From the NCBI GenBank assembly GCA_964609075.1, contig CAZSQP010000004.1:1-37331 (forward strand): a DNA stretch of 37,331 nucleotides, in the 5' to 3' direction. Source of the DNA: an uncultured Candidatus Saccharibacteria bacterium (GTDB lineage Bacteria; Patescibacteriota; Minisyncoccia; Minisyncoccales; GWA2-38-27). The position numbers were made by a program, and so were the translations under genes. Shown here one piece after another: positions 15,904-23,767 of this stretch (its first letter is position 1; every line of letters starts with the position of its first letter). The notes below the pieces were generated by a model, which saw nothing but the letters and a program-made list of their open reading frames with translations, had not been told where the DNA came from and did no database searches.

Positions 15904-16471
15904 GGAAACAAAAGAAAATATTTTCAACATACCTAATTTTATAACCTTCTCTAGAATTATTATTTCTTTTATAGTTCTTTATTTTATCTTTGCCGGTTTC
16001 AATGTTTTCTATATCATAATAGCTTTTCTTATTGGTATGGCAACGGATGCTTTGGACGGTCAGATAGCCAGAAGGTTTAATTTAAAAACAGATTTTGGCA
16101 GAAAGTTTGATATGGTAGCAGATAGAATTCTTCTTGTCTCGGCTGTCTTAGCTGTTTTAATAAAGTTCGGATTAGCGGATAGCGTTACCAAGCTTCAGGT
16201 TTCTCAAATTTTCTTGATAACCTCAAGAGAAATAATAGTCTTTCCTTTTTTAATAATGGTTTTTATCTTTTATGGTAAGAAGACACCTATTCCTCAGGTA
16301 AGGTTTGTAGGTAAAGCTGTTACTGTGATGCAGGCTTTAGCTTTTCCTTTAATTTTGCTGGATATATTCTATAATACTTTCGGCATTTCACTCTATTTTG
16401 CTATTGCTGCCTCTCTTTTAGGTATTATTTCTGCTCTCTACTATATTAGAGATACCAAAAATATAATATGA
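15896..16471 (+). CDS. CDP-alcohol phosphatidyltransferase family protein
   Basis: 191-aa polytopic ORF carrying the complete D-G-x2-A-R-x8-G-x3-D-x3-D motif (DALDGQIARRFNLKTDFGRKFDMVADR). Confidence 0.8.
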   Translation: MSEETKENIFNIPNFITFSRIIISFIVLYFIFAGFNVFYIIIAFLIGMATDALDGQIARRFNLKTDFGRKFDMVADRILLVSAVLAVLIKFGLADSVTKLQVSQIFLITSREIIVFPFLIMVFIFYGKKTPIPQVRFVGKAVTVMQALAFPLILLDIFYNTFGISLYFAIAASLLGIISALYYIRDTKNII

Positions 16472-17199
16472 AAACAGTAAAGATAAAAAATGTCGAAGTA
16501 GGGAAAGGGTTTACCATTTTTGGAGGACCGTGCGCTGTAGAATCAGAAGAACAGCTTTTCAAAACCATAGAAGCTGTTAAAGAAAATATAGATGTTATCA
16601 GAGGCGGGGCTTTCAAGCCAAGAAGCAAACCCGATAGCTTTCAAGGGTTAGGGAAAGAGGGACTGGAGCTTTTAAAGAAAGCAGGAGAGGAATTTAAAAA
16701 ACCCGTTATTACAGAGATTATGGATACTAGAGATATTGAATTGGTCTCCTCTTACGTTGACATTCTTCAGGTGGGAGCCAGAAATATGCAGAACTATTCT
16801 TTGCTAAAGGAGCTTGGTAAAATCAGAAAGCCTGTTTTTTTAAAAAGAGGTTTATCTGCTACTATAAAAGAGTGGCTTGGTTCTTTGGAGTATATACTCA
16901 AAGGAGGAAACGAAAAAGTTATTTTATGTGAAAGAGGGATAAGAACTTTTGAAAGGGAAACAAGATTTACTTTAGATTTGGCGGGAGCTTTCCTTGTTAG
17001 AGAAAAAACAAAGAGACCTGTAATAATAGATCCTTCTCATGCTACAGGAAGAAGAGATTTGATAGCTCCTATGGTAAAAGCCTCAAAAGCTGCAGGGTTT
17101 GACGGAGTTATGGTGGAGGTTCATTTTAATCCTGAAACAGCTAAGAGCGACAAAGAACAATCTTTAACTCCCGAACAATTTAATGCTCTGCAAAGTTAA
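16468..17199 (+). CDS. 3-deoxy-7-phosphoheptulonate (DAHP) synthase, short type I-beta
   Basis: 243-aa ORF with GPCAVESEEQ, RGGAFKPRSKPDSFQGLG, VGARNMQN and IIDPSHATGRRD. Confidence 0.75.
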   Translation: MKTVKIKNVEVGKGFTIFGGPCAVESEEQLFKTIEAVKENIDVIRGGAFKPRSKPDSFQGLGKEGLELLKKAGEEFKKPVITEIMDTRDIELVSSYVDILQVGARNMQNYSLLKELGKIRKPVFLKRGLSATIKEWLGSLEYILKGGNEKVILCERGIRTFERETRFTLDLAGAFLVREKTKRPVIIDPSHATGRRDLIAPMVKASKAAGFDGVMVEVHFNPETAKSDKEQSLTPEQFNALQS

Positions 17200-17407
17200 A
17201 GTCTTCCCTTGTTCTAAAAAAGAGGAAGTTATTAAAAAGTCAGAGGACAGTTTCGAGGTTAAGGTAAAAGAAAAGCCGGAGCAGGGAAAAGCCAACAAAG
17301 CCGTTCTAAGAGCTCTTTCTTCTTTTCTAGGATTATCTTTAGGTGATATAAGGATAATAAAAGGTTTTAAAAAAAGAAATAAAATATTAAAAATAGATGG
17401 ACTTTAA
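17183..17407 (+). CDS. DUF167 (YggU-like) protein
   Basis: 74-aa ORF with KVKEKPEQGKANKAVLRALSSFLG and a typical DUF167 core. Confidence 0.65.
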   Translation: MLCKVKVFPCSKKEEVIKKSEDSFEVKVKEKPEQGKANKAVLRALSSFLGLSLGDIRIIKGFKKRNKILKIDGL

Positions 17408-17726
17408 AGAATATCAAAAGCTTTCAAGGAAGACGGCTATTTACCCCAATAAAGATAATGACTTTATCTATGTTACTTTAGGTTTGGCTGGGGAATCAGG
17501 AGAAGTGGTAGAAAAGATAAAACATGTATTAAGGGATGATAAGGGTAAAATGACAGAAGAGACCAAGAAGGAAATAGCCAAAGAGTTGGGGGATACTCTA
17601 TGGTATATTTCCCAGCTTGCTACAGAGTTGGGGTTAGACTTAGAAGATATAGCTTCCTCTAATATAGATAAGCTCTTCTCTCGAAAGGAAAGAGGCACTC
17701 TTCCGGGAAGAGGAGATAATAGGTAG
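17397..17726 (+). CDS. MazG-like nucleotide pyrophosphohydrolase domain protein
   Basis: 109-aa ORF with LGLAGESGEVVEKIK and ELGDTLWYISQLATELGLDLEDI. Confidence 0.7.
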   Translation: MDFKEYQKLSRKTAIYPNKDNDFIYVTLGLAGESGEVVEKIKHVLRDDKGKMTEETKKEIAKELGDTLWYISQLATELGLDLEDIASSNIDKLFSRKERGTLPGRGDNR

Positions 17727-18683
17727 ATGGAAAATCCTGTTAGAGAGACAACTCTATATGTAGTTAAAAAGTCAGATCAGGTTAGGATTAATAGAGATGA
17801 TATAGAGAAGGTTGTTCAGAAATGGGCGAAAGGAAAATTATTAAAGCCCAAATGGTCTAAGAAATACTATTTTAAATCCCAAGATAGGAAGAAGACCTTA
17901 GACTACCTTATAATCTTAGCCGCTCTCAATTTTTGTTTTTGGTCTAAGGATAAAAAATGGAGCATAAAGTATGGGAACGAAAGATATAATGGATATTACG
18001 GTTTAACTTTAGCTTTGAAAAGATTCTTTAAAAAGCATCCTCAAAAAGCCAGTTTGGAATATTTTTCTTCAATACCTTTAAAAGAATTCTCTTTTATACT
18101 TAAAGGAAAGGGGGATTTGGCTTTTATGAAAAAGAGATGGGATATAGTTAGAGCTGTCTGCAGCTCTCTTTTGAAAAAATACAAAGACTCAGAGGACTTT
18201 ATAGATTCTTCCGATCATAAGTTTTCAGAATTAACTTCTCAGATATATAAAGACCTTCCCTTCTTCAACGATATAAGCTATTATAAGGGGAGAAAGATTT
18301 ATTTTCTAAAGAGAGCTCAGATTTTATGTTCTGATATATGGGGCTCTTTTTCTGGAAGAGGAATAGGTTATTTTAAAGATCCAGAATATTTAACAGCTTT
18401 TGCAGATTATAAGATACCTCAAGTTTTATCTTATTTAGGAATTCTGAAGTATTCAGCTTCCTTAAGAGAAAAAATAGAAAAGAAAAGTCTTGTTTTGCAG
18501 GGATCTAAAGAGGAAGTAGAGATTAGAAGCGCTACTGTTTGGGCAATAGAATATATTACAGAGGAAATAAATAAGAAAGGTAAGGATTTTTATCCTTTCC
18601 AGACAGACTGGCTTTTATGGAAAAAGGGTCAGAGGATGAAAATGAAAAAGCCTTATCATTTAACAAAAACAATTTTTTATTAA
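17727..18683 (+). CDS. Queuosine salvage family protein (DUF2419/Qng1-like)
   Basis: 318-aa ORF with LAALNFCFW, YNGYYGL and FADYKIPQVL. Confidence 0.65.
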   Translation: MENPVRETTLYVVKKSDQVRINRDDIEKVVQKWAKGKLLKPKWSKKYYFKSQDRKKTLDYLIILAALNFCFWSKDKKWSIKYGNERYNGYYGLTLALKRFFKKHPQKASLEYFSSIPLKEFSFILKGKGDLAFMKKRWDIVRAVCSSLLKKYKDSEDFIDSSDHKFSELTSQIYKDLPFFNDISYYKGRKIYFLKRAQILCSDIWGSFSGRGIGYFKDPEYLTAFADYKIPQVLSYLGILKYSASLREKIEKKSLVLQGSKEEVEIRSATVWAIEYITEEINKKGKDFYPFQTDWLLWKKGQRMKMKKPYHLTKTIFY

Positions 18684-18711
18684 AAGGTCGTAAATTAAAT
18701 TATTTAAATTT

Positions 18712-18993
18712 ATGTTATCCAAACTACCTGTAAATTTAGAAAAAGTCTCAAAAGAGAATATGGATAAAGAGATTCTGAGAGCCGGAATAATAGCAGAACT
18801 TGACGCTATCTCTTTTTACGAGCAGATGGCAGCTCTTACAGATAATGAAGATATAAAGAAAGTTCTTCTAGATATAGCCTCAGAAGAAAAAGAGCATGTC
18901 GGAGAGTTTGAAACCCTTTTAAACCGAGAAGATCCAGAACAGGTTGAAAAAGGAAAAGAGGGAAAGGAAGAAGTAGAAGAGTTGATAAAATAA
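18712..18993 (+). CDS. Small ferritin-like/rubrerythrin-family protein (EncFtn-like core)
   Basis: 93-aa ORF. ELDAISFYEQMA...VLLDIASEEKEHVGEFETLL gives a two-helix E...E-x-x-H diiron-type motif. Confidence 0.55.
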   Translation: MLSKLPVNLEKVSKENMDKEILRAGIIAELDAISFYEQMAALTDNEDIKKVLLDIASEEKEHVGEFETLLNREDPEQVEKGKEGKEEVEELIK

Positions 18994-19374
18994 ATGGCTG
19001 AAAAGAATCAAATCTACAAGTGCAATATCTGTGGCAACATTGTAGAGATCTTAGAGGCAGGGGAAGGTAAGCTGGTTTGTTGCGGCCAACCGATGGAGTT
19101 ATTGTTGGAAAAAACAGAAGACAAAGGGAGGGAAAAACATGTCCCTGTTATAGAAAAGAAAGATAAAGGTGTTAAGGTCAAGGTTGGCTCAGATCCCCAT
19201 CCTATGGAAAAAGACCATTTTATTCAGTGGATAGAGGTAAGATCTAACGGAAGAGTATTTAGAAAGGAATTAAAACCTGGAGAAAAACCTGAAGCAGAGT
19301 TTAATATTAAATCAGACAAAATAGAAGCTAGGGAATACTGTAATATTCACGGTTTGTGGAAATTCTCCGAGTAA
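18994..19374 (+). CDS. dfx: Desulfoferrodoxin (2Fe superoxide reductase)
   Basis: 126-aa ORF. It has an N-terminal desulforedoxin motif (CNICGN...CCG), KHVPVI and a C-terminal CNIHGLW. Confidence 0.85.
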   Translation: MAEKNQIYKCNICGNIVEILEAGEGKLVCCGQPMELLLEKTEDKGREKHVPVIEKKDKGVKVKVGSDPHPMEKDHFIQWIEVRSNGRVFRKELKPGEKPEAEFNIKSDKIEAREYCNIHGLWKFSE

Positions 19375-19391
19375 TAAGTTAAAATAAGAAA

Positions 19392-20054
19392 ATGGTTACT
19401 CTTGCTGATGTAAAAAAGAATCCTCAGATTCTCCAATTTATCAAAAAGACAGAGGAATACCTGTCTCAATTAGCCTATACAGACCATGGTCTTCGCCATT
19501 CTTCTTTGGTGGCAGAGAGAGCTTTAAAGATATCAAATAAAATAGGTCTAGACAAGAGACAAGGAGAGCTGGCTTCTATTGCCGGCTTTTGTCATGATAT
19601 GGGAAACTTTTTAGGCAGAAACTATCATAATTATCTGGCAGCTATTCTCTTTCACCAGGTCTTTAAAGAAGATTTTGACCCATCAGAGATAACAGACATA
19701 ATGCAGGCTATTTCTACCCATGATGAAAGGATAAGGGAGGTAAGCTTTAAAAATCCTGTTTCAGCTGTAGTTGTCTTAGCTGACAAATCAGATGTTCATA
19801 GGTCGAGAGTTATGATAAAAGATTTAGAAAAGATTAAAGCTGATATTCATGACAGAGTAAATTACGCCACCACTAAAAGCGAACTGAAGATAGGAAAGAA
19901 GAAAATAACTTTAATTTTGAAAATTGATACTAATTTTGTAAAAGTAATGGAGTATTTTGAAATATTTACCAAGAGGATGGTTTTGTGCAGGAAAGCAGCA
20001 GAAAGCTTAGGTTATGACTTTGGCTTGGAAATTAATAAGTTTAAATTATTGTGA
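19392..20054 (+). CDS. HD-domain phosphohydrolase
   Basis: 220-aa ORF with HGLRHS, CHDMGN and HDE. TAAAAT at 19380-19385 ends 6 nt before the ATG. Confidence 0.65.
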   Translation: MVTLADVKKNPQILQFIKKTEEYLSQLAYTDHGLRHSSLVAERALKISNKIGLDKRQGELASIAGFCHDMGNFLGRNYHNYLAAILFHQVFKEDFDPSEITDIMQAISTHDERIREVSFKNPVSAVVVLADKSDVHRSRVMIKDLEKIKADIHDRVNYATTKSELKIGKKKITLILKIDTNFVKVMEYFEIFTKRMVLCRKAAESLGYDFGLEINKFKLL

Positions 20055-20055
20055 T

Positions 20056-20244
20056 ATGGAAAACACCCTTCTTTTAAATCCTTTAGTTTTACTTTTGATA
20101 TTCTTATGGACTATTCCTTGGAAAGTAGTTGCTTTATGGAAATCGGCCAAAAACAATCAAAAGGGATGGTTTATAGCTATTTTGATTTTAAATACCTTTG
20201 CTATTTTAGAGATAATATATATCTTTTACTTTTCTAAGAAATGA
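20056..20244 (+). CDS. DUF5652-like small membrane protein
   Basis: The first ATG in the 20014 track ORF. Translates as MENTLLLNPL...WKVVALWKSAKNNQKGWFIAILILNT, with two hydrophobic helices. Confidence 0.5.
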   Translation: MENTLLLNPLVLLLIFLWTIPWKVVALWKSAKNNQKGWFIAILILNTFAILEIIYIFYFSKK

Positions 20245-20717
20245 AAGAAGCTACTCTTTGTTTTTTAATTAAAGAAGGAGAAAGAAAAGATGTTCTTTTA
20301 GCCATGAAAAAGAGGGGTTTTGGAGTCGGGAAGTGGAATGGCGTAGGAGGAAAATTAGATGAGAAAGATTCAAGCATTGAAGATGCTGTAATAAGGGAAA
20401 CAGAAGAGGAGATAGGAGTTAAATTAAAAGATATGGAGAAGGTAGCTGTCTTAACCTTTACTTTTCCCTATAAAGAAGACTGGAATCAGAATGTTCATGT
20501 ATTTTTGGCTAAAGATTGGGAAGGAGAACCTAAAGAATCTGAAGAAATGGCCCCTCAATGGTTTAAAGAAGATGAGCTTCCCTTTGATAAAATGTGGGAT
20601 GATGATGCTTATTGGGTTTTAAGAGCTTTAAAAGGGGAAAAACTTAAAGCAGAATTTACTTTTAGAGAAGGAGAAAAAATAGATAAATATAATATTAAAA
20701 AGGTAAAAGAAGTATGA
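20241..20717 (+). CDS. NUDIX hydrolase (8-oxo-dGTP diphosphatase-like)
   Basis: 158-aa ORF with a Nudix box (GGKLDEKDSSIEDAVIRETEEEIGV). Confidence 0.8.
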   Translation: MKEATLCFLIKEGERKDVLLAMKKRGFGVGKWNGVGGKLDEKDSSIEDAVIRETEEEIGVKLKDMEKVAVLTFTFPYKEDWNQNVHVFLAKDWEGEPKESEEMAPQWFKEDELPFDKMWDDDAYWVLRALKGEKLKAEFTFREGEKIDKYNIKKVKEV

Positions 20718-21229
20718 ATATATACGAATTGATAGAAAAAAGAAGAAGCGTTAGAAAATTTAGAGATGAAGAAATTCCAGAAGAAAAACTCAAAAGAGTT
20801 CTTAACGCAGGAAGAATGGCTCCTTCAATACATAATGCCCAAGACTATATTTTTGTAGTAGTCAAAGACAAGAAAAAAAGAGAAGCCTTAAAGGAAGCTG
20901 CGGCTAGTCAGGAATTTGTAGCAGAAGCTCCTGTAATAATAGCTCCTGTTTCTACAAAACCGGAATATGTTATGAGTTGTGACGTACCGGCTTATGCTGT
21001 CGATGTAGCTATTGCCATAGATCATATGACTTTAGCAGCAGTAGAAGAAGATCTTGGTACTTGCTGGGTAGGAGCTTTTGATCAGAAAAAAGCGAAAGAG
21101 ATATTGAATATTCCTGAAAAATACAAGGTTGTAGAATTATTACCTATAGGTATTCCTTATGACAGACCTAGCGTTAAATCAAGAAAGAATATTTTAGAAA
21201 TAGTACGTTATGATGAGTTTTCAGAATAA
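20714..21229 (+). CDS. Nitroreductase family protein
   Basis: 171-aa ORF with RRSVRKF, APSIHNAQ and GTCWVGAF. Confidence 0.75.
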   Translation: MNIYELIEKRRSVRKFRDEEIPEEKLKRVLNAGRMAPSIHNAQDYIFVVVKDKKKREALKEAAASQEFVAEAPVIIAPVSTKPEYVMSCDVPAYAVDVAIAIDHMTLAAVEEDLGTCWVGAFDQKKAKEILNIPEKYKVVELLPIGIPYDRPSVKSRKNILEIVRYDEFSE

Positions 21230-21231
21230 TT

Positions 21232-21477
21232 ATGTTTGATAATCTTAAGAAAATAAAAGAACTCAAAGAATTACAAGATTCAATGGCTCAAGAGAGATTT
21301 GAGTCGGAGAAAGAGGGGACAAGAGTTGTTATGAATGGAAATATGGAGATAGAAGAAGTTTCTCTTAATCCAGATTTATCAAAAGAAAATCAGGAGAGAG
21401 TTTTAAGGGATCTGCTTAACGAGACTGCTAAGAAAGTGCAGTCTGCTATGGCTCAGAAATTTCAGGGGATGATCTAA
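21232..21477 (+). CDS. YbaB/EbfC-family nucleoid-associated protein (short)
   Basis: 81-aa ORF with GTRVVMNGNMEIEEVSLNPDL and LRDLLNETAKKVQ. Confidence 0.55.
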   Translation: MFDNLKKIKELKELQDSMAQERFESEKEGTRVVMNGNMEIEEVSLNPDLSKENQERVLRDLLNETAKKVQSAMAQKFQGMI

Positions 21478-21496
21478 GTTTGTTGAAAATTTACTC

Positions 21497-21525
21497 TTGA
21501 CAAGGTACAATTATGGGTATATATT
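21497..21525 (+). promoter_or_regulatory. Sigma70-like promoter TTGACA-N17-TATATT
   Basis: ttgaca at 21497-21502 and tatatt at 21520-21525, upstream of the DUF5320 gene. Confidence 0.5.
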
Positions 21526-21568
21526 AGAAATAGAAAGGTTTTTTAAAAATAACTAACTATTTAAATAT

Positions 21569-21928
21569 ATGCCATTTGGTAACGGACAAGGACCCGCAGG
21601 ACAGGGCCCAAGAACAGGAAGAGGGTTAGGCTATTGTTCAGGCTACTCTTCTCCTGGTTATACAAAATCTGGTTTTAGCGGTTATTCTGGTTGGGGTAGA
21701 AGTCTCGGTTGGTTTGGAAGAGGAGGCGGAAGAGGATGGAGAAATTGGTACTATGCTACAGGATTACCGGGTTGGCAGAGAGCAGGAAGGGGCTATTATC
21801 CCCAAACTTCTCAGCAAGAGAGAGATGTTTTAGAGCAAGAGAAGAATATGATTTCTGAAGAGGTTAAGGCTTTGGAGCAGCAGATGAAAGATGTTGAAAA
21901 GAGAATAAAAGAGCTTAAGAAAAAATAG
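21569..21928 (+). CDS. DUF5320-family protein (Gly/Arg-rich N-terminus, coiled-coil C-terminus)
   Basis: 119-aa ORF. MPFGNGQGPAGQGPRTGRGLGYC matches the conserved DUF5320 opening. The C-terminal region (EQEKNMISEEVKALEQQMKDVEKRIKELKKK) is heptad-like. Confidence 0.7.
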   Translation: MPFGNGQGPAGQGPRTGRGLGYCSGYSSPGYTKSGFSGYSGWGRSLGWFGRGGGRGWRNWYYATGLPGWQRAGRGYYPQTSQQERDVLEQEKNMISEEVKALEQQMKDVEKRIKELKKK

Positions 21929-21948
21929 TTCTCTTTATTCTTTTTTAG

Positions 21949-21957
21949 TGTTAAAAT
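21949..21957 (+). promoter_or_regulatory. Extended -10 element TGtTAAAAT
   Basis: It ends 8 nt before the ATG at 21966. Confidence 0.35.
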
Positions 21958-21965
21958 AGAATATT

Positions 21966-22151
21966 ATGAGTTTCAAAGAAGGTTTTTCTGAAAAAGGTAG
22001 AGGTCGTCAGCCTGGAGGGTTTAGTTTGGGACCTTCTGGAAAATGTATTTGCTCTAAATGTAAGAAGGAGGTTGATCATGAAAAGGGAATTCCCTGCTAT
22101 GAAAAAAAGTGTCCTTCTTGTGGGTCTAAAATGACCAGAAAAAGAGAATGA
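21966..22151 (+). CDS. Small Gly/Arg-rich protein with a four-Cys zinc-ribbon-like motif
   Basis: 61-aa ORF with GRGRQPGGFSLGPSGKCICSKC...CPSCG. It overlaps the next gene by 4 nt. Confidence 0.55.
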   Translation: MSFKEGFSEKGRGRQPGGFSLGPSGKCICSKCKKEVDHEKGIPCYEKKCPSCGSKMTRKRE

Positions 22152-22537
22152 AAATTTGTATTTCAAGTTCAGGTAACAATTTAGAGTCTCCATTAGACCC
22201 TCGTTTTGGAAGGTGTCTTTACTTTATTTTCGTTGATACAGAAAATGATGATTTTAAAGCAGTTTCTAATGCCGGTGTTAATGCTATGAGAGGGGCCGGA
22301 GTTCAGGCAGCTCAGACTGTTATAAATGAAGGAGTAGAATCTGTAATTACTGGCAATGTCGGTCCTAATTCTTTTGGAGTTCTAAATTCTTCTGGTATCA
22401 AAATATTCCAGGCTTCTCCTGGCATGAAGATAAAAGATGTCCTAGAAGATTTTAAAAATAATAATCTTAAAGAAATTACCCAGCCCTTTGGAAGATTCGG
22501 TCCTGGAGGCCGGGGAGGGGGCTTTGGAAGAAGATAA
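22148..22537 (+). CDS. NifX/NifB-C-terminal-like (dinitrogenase FeMo-cofactor biosynthesis domain) protein with Gly/Arg tail
   Basis: 129-aa ORF with MKICISSSGNNLESPLDPRFGRCLYFIFVD and VITGNVGPNS. The tail is FGRFGPGGRGGGFGRR. Confidence 0.8.
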   Translation: MKICISSSGNNLESPLDPRFGRCLYFIFVDTENDDFKAVSNAGVNAMRGAGVQAAQTVINEGVESVITGNVGPNSFGVLNSSGIKIFQASPGMKIKDVLEDFKNNNLKEITQPFGRFGPGGRGGGFGRR

Positions 22538-23766
22538 TGAGTAAAGATATCCTTAAAAAAGGACAAAAAGCTACTAATATAGCAGCTTTAACCACTGTTT
22601 TTTTTGCTATAGCAAAAGCTGTAGCCGGGTTTTTATCCGGTAGTATTGTTTTACTGGCAGATTCTATTCATAGTGCTGCCGATTCCTTTTCTACTTTTGC
22701 TGCCTTTTTAGGCCTTAAAATTGCTCAAAAAGAGCCTACAGAAAAGTTTTCCTACGGCTTTTATAAAGTAGAGAATATAACAGCTTTAATAATATCAGGA
22801 TTAATATTCTTCGCTGGAGGAACTATTGTTAAAGAAAGTGTTGATAAAATATTTACAGAATATGATTTAAAGATTCCCTTAATAGCTGTAGCTGTAGCTG
22901 TTTTGGACGCTATTGTTTTGTTTTTTGTTGGAAGTTATGAAATGAAAGCTGGAAAGGAAATAAATTCACAGAGTTTGATAGCTGATGGAAAAGAGTCAAG
23001 ACTCCATGTTCTTTCTTCTTCTGTTGTAGTAGTAGGTTTGATTTCAAGCTGGTTTAATTTTCCTTATTTAGAGGGAATTGCCGGTATTATTATTTCCCTC
23101 TTTATCTTTGAGGCAGGTTTTGAATCAGCTAAAGATTCTATCTTGGCTTTACTTGATGTCTCTCCAGACAAAGAAGTAGAAGAGAAGATCAAAAAGATAT
23201 TAAGAGGGATATCCGGATTGAGAGATTTTGATAATTTAAAGCTTAGAAAGTCAGGTCCTTTTATCTTCGGCGAGGTAGAGGCTAAAATTGGAAAGAAAGT
23301 AAATGTTAACAGAGCTTCCGAGATATCAGATAGTATAGAAAAAACTGTCAAAGGAAAAGTTAAGACAGTAGATTCTTTCACAGTATCCATCACTCCTTAC
23401 CAGACTAAAAAACAGAAAGTTTGTATTCCTCTTACAAAAAAAGAAGATATTTCTTCTCATTTTGGAAGGGCAGAGAGTTTCCTCTTCTTAGAGATTGAAG
23501 AAGGAGAGGTAAAGAGATCATACACTAAGAAGAATCCCTATAAAGAAAAAGAGGTTAGAGCAGGACTTAATACAGCTCTTTTTGTCGTTAAAGAAAAAGT
23601 AGACATTGTTATTACAAAGGAAATGGGTCCTATTTCTCTTCATACCTTAAGGGACAATATTGTAGACGTCTATAATATAGAAGAAGATAAAGTTGATAAA
23701 GTAATTGAAAAGTTCAATCAAGGGAAATTAAAGCCTTTGAAAGAAGCTACAAGGACCAAATTTTAA
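22537..23766 (+). CDS. Cation diffusion facilitator (CDF) transporter fused to a C-terminal NifX/NifB-like domain
   Basis: 409-aa ORF. The CDF part has LLADSIHSAADSFST, six hydrophobic segments and a cytoplasmic domain. The C-terminal ~115 aa (KVCIPLTKKEDISSHFGRAESFLFLEI...VITKEMGPIS) parallels the preceding stand-alone protein. Confidence 0.75.
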   Translation: MSKDILKKGQKATNIAALTTVFFAIAKAVAGFLSGSIVLLADSIHSAADSFSTFAAFLGLKIAQKEPTEKFSYGFYKVENITALIISGLIFFAGGTIVKESVDKIFTEYDLKIPLIAVAVAVLDAIVLFFVGSYEMKAGKEINSQSLIADGKESRLHVLSSSVVVVGLISSWFNFPYLEGIAGIIISLFIFEAGFESAKDSILALLDVSPDKEVEEKIKKILRGISGLRDFDNLKLRKSGPFIFGEVEAKIGKKVNVNRASEISDSIEKTVKGKVKTVDSFTVSITPYQTKKQKVCIPLTKKEDISSHFGRAESFLFLEIEEGEVKRSYTKKNPYKEKEVRAGLNTALFVVKEKVDIVITKEMGPISLHTLRDNIVDVYNIEEDKVDKVIEKFNQGKLKPLKEATRTKF

Positions 23767-23767
23767 T

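Noticed and set aside
18712-18993. An encapsulin nanocompartment system seeded by the EncFtn-like gene.
   Set aside because: No HK97-fold shell gene is adjacent (the next gene is desulfoferrodoxin). The C-terminus lacks a recognisable targeting peptide.
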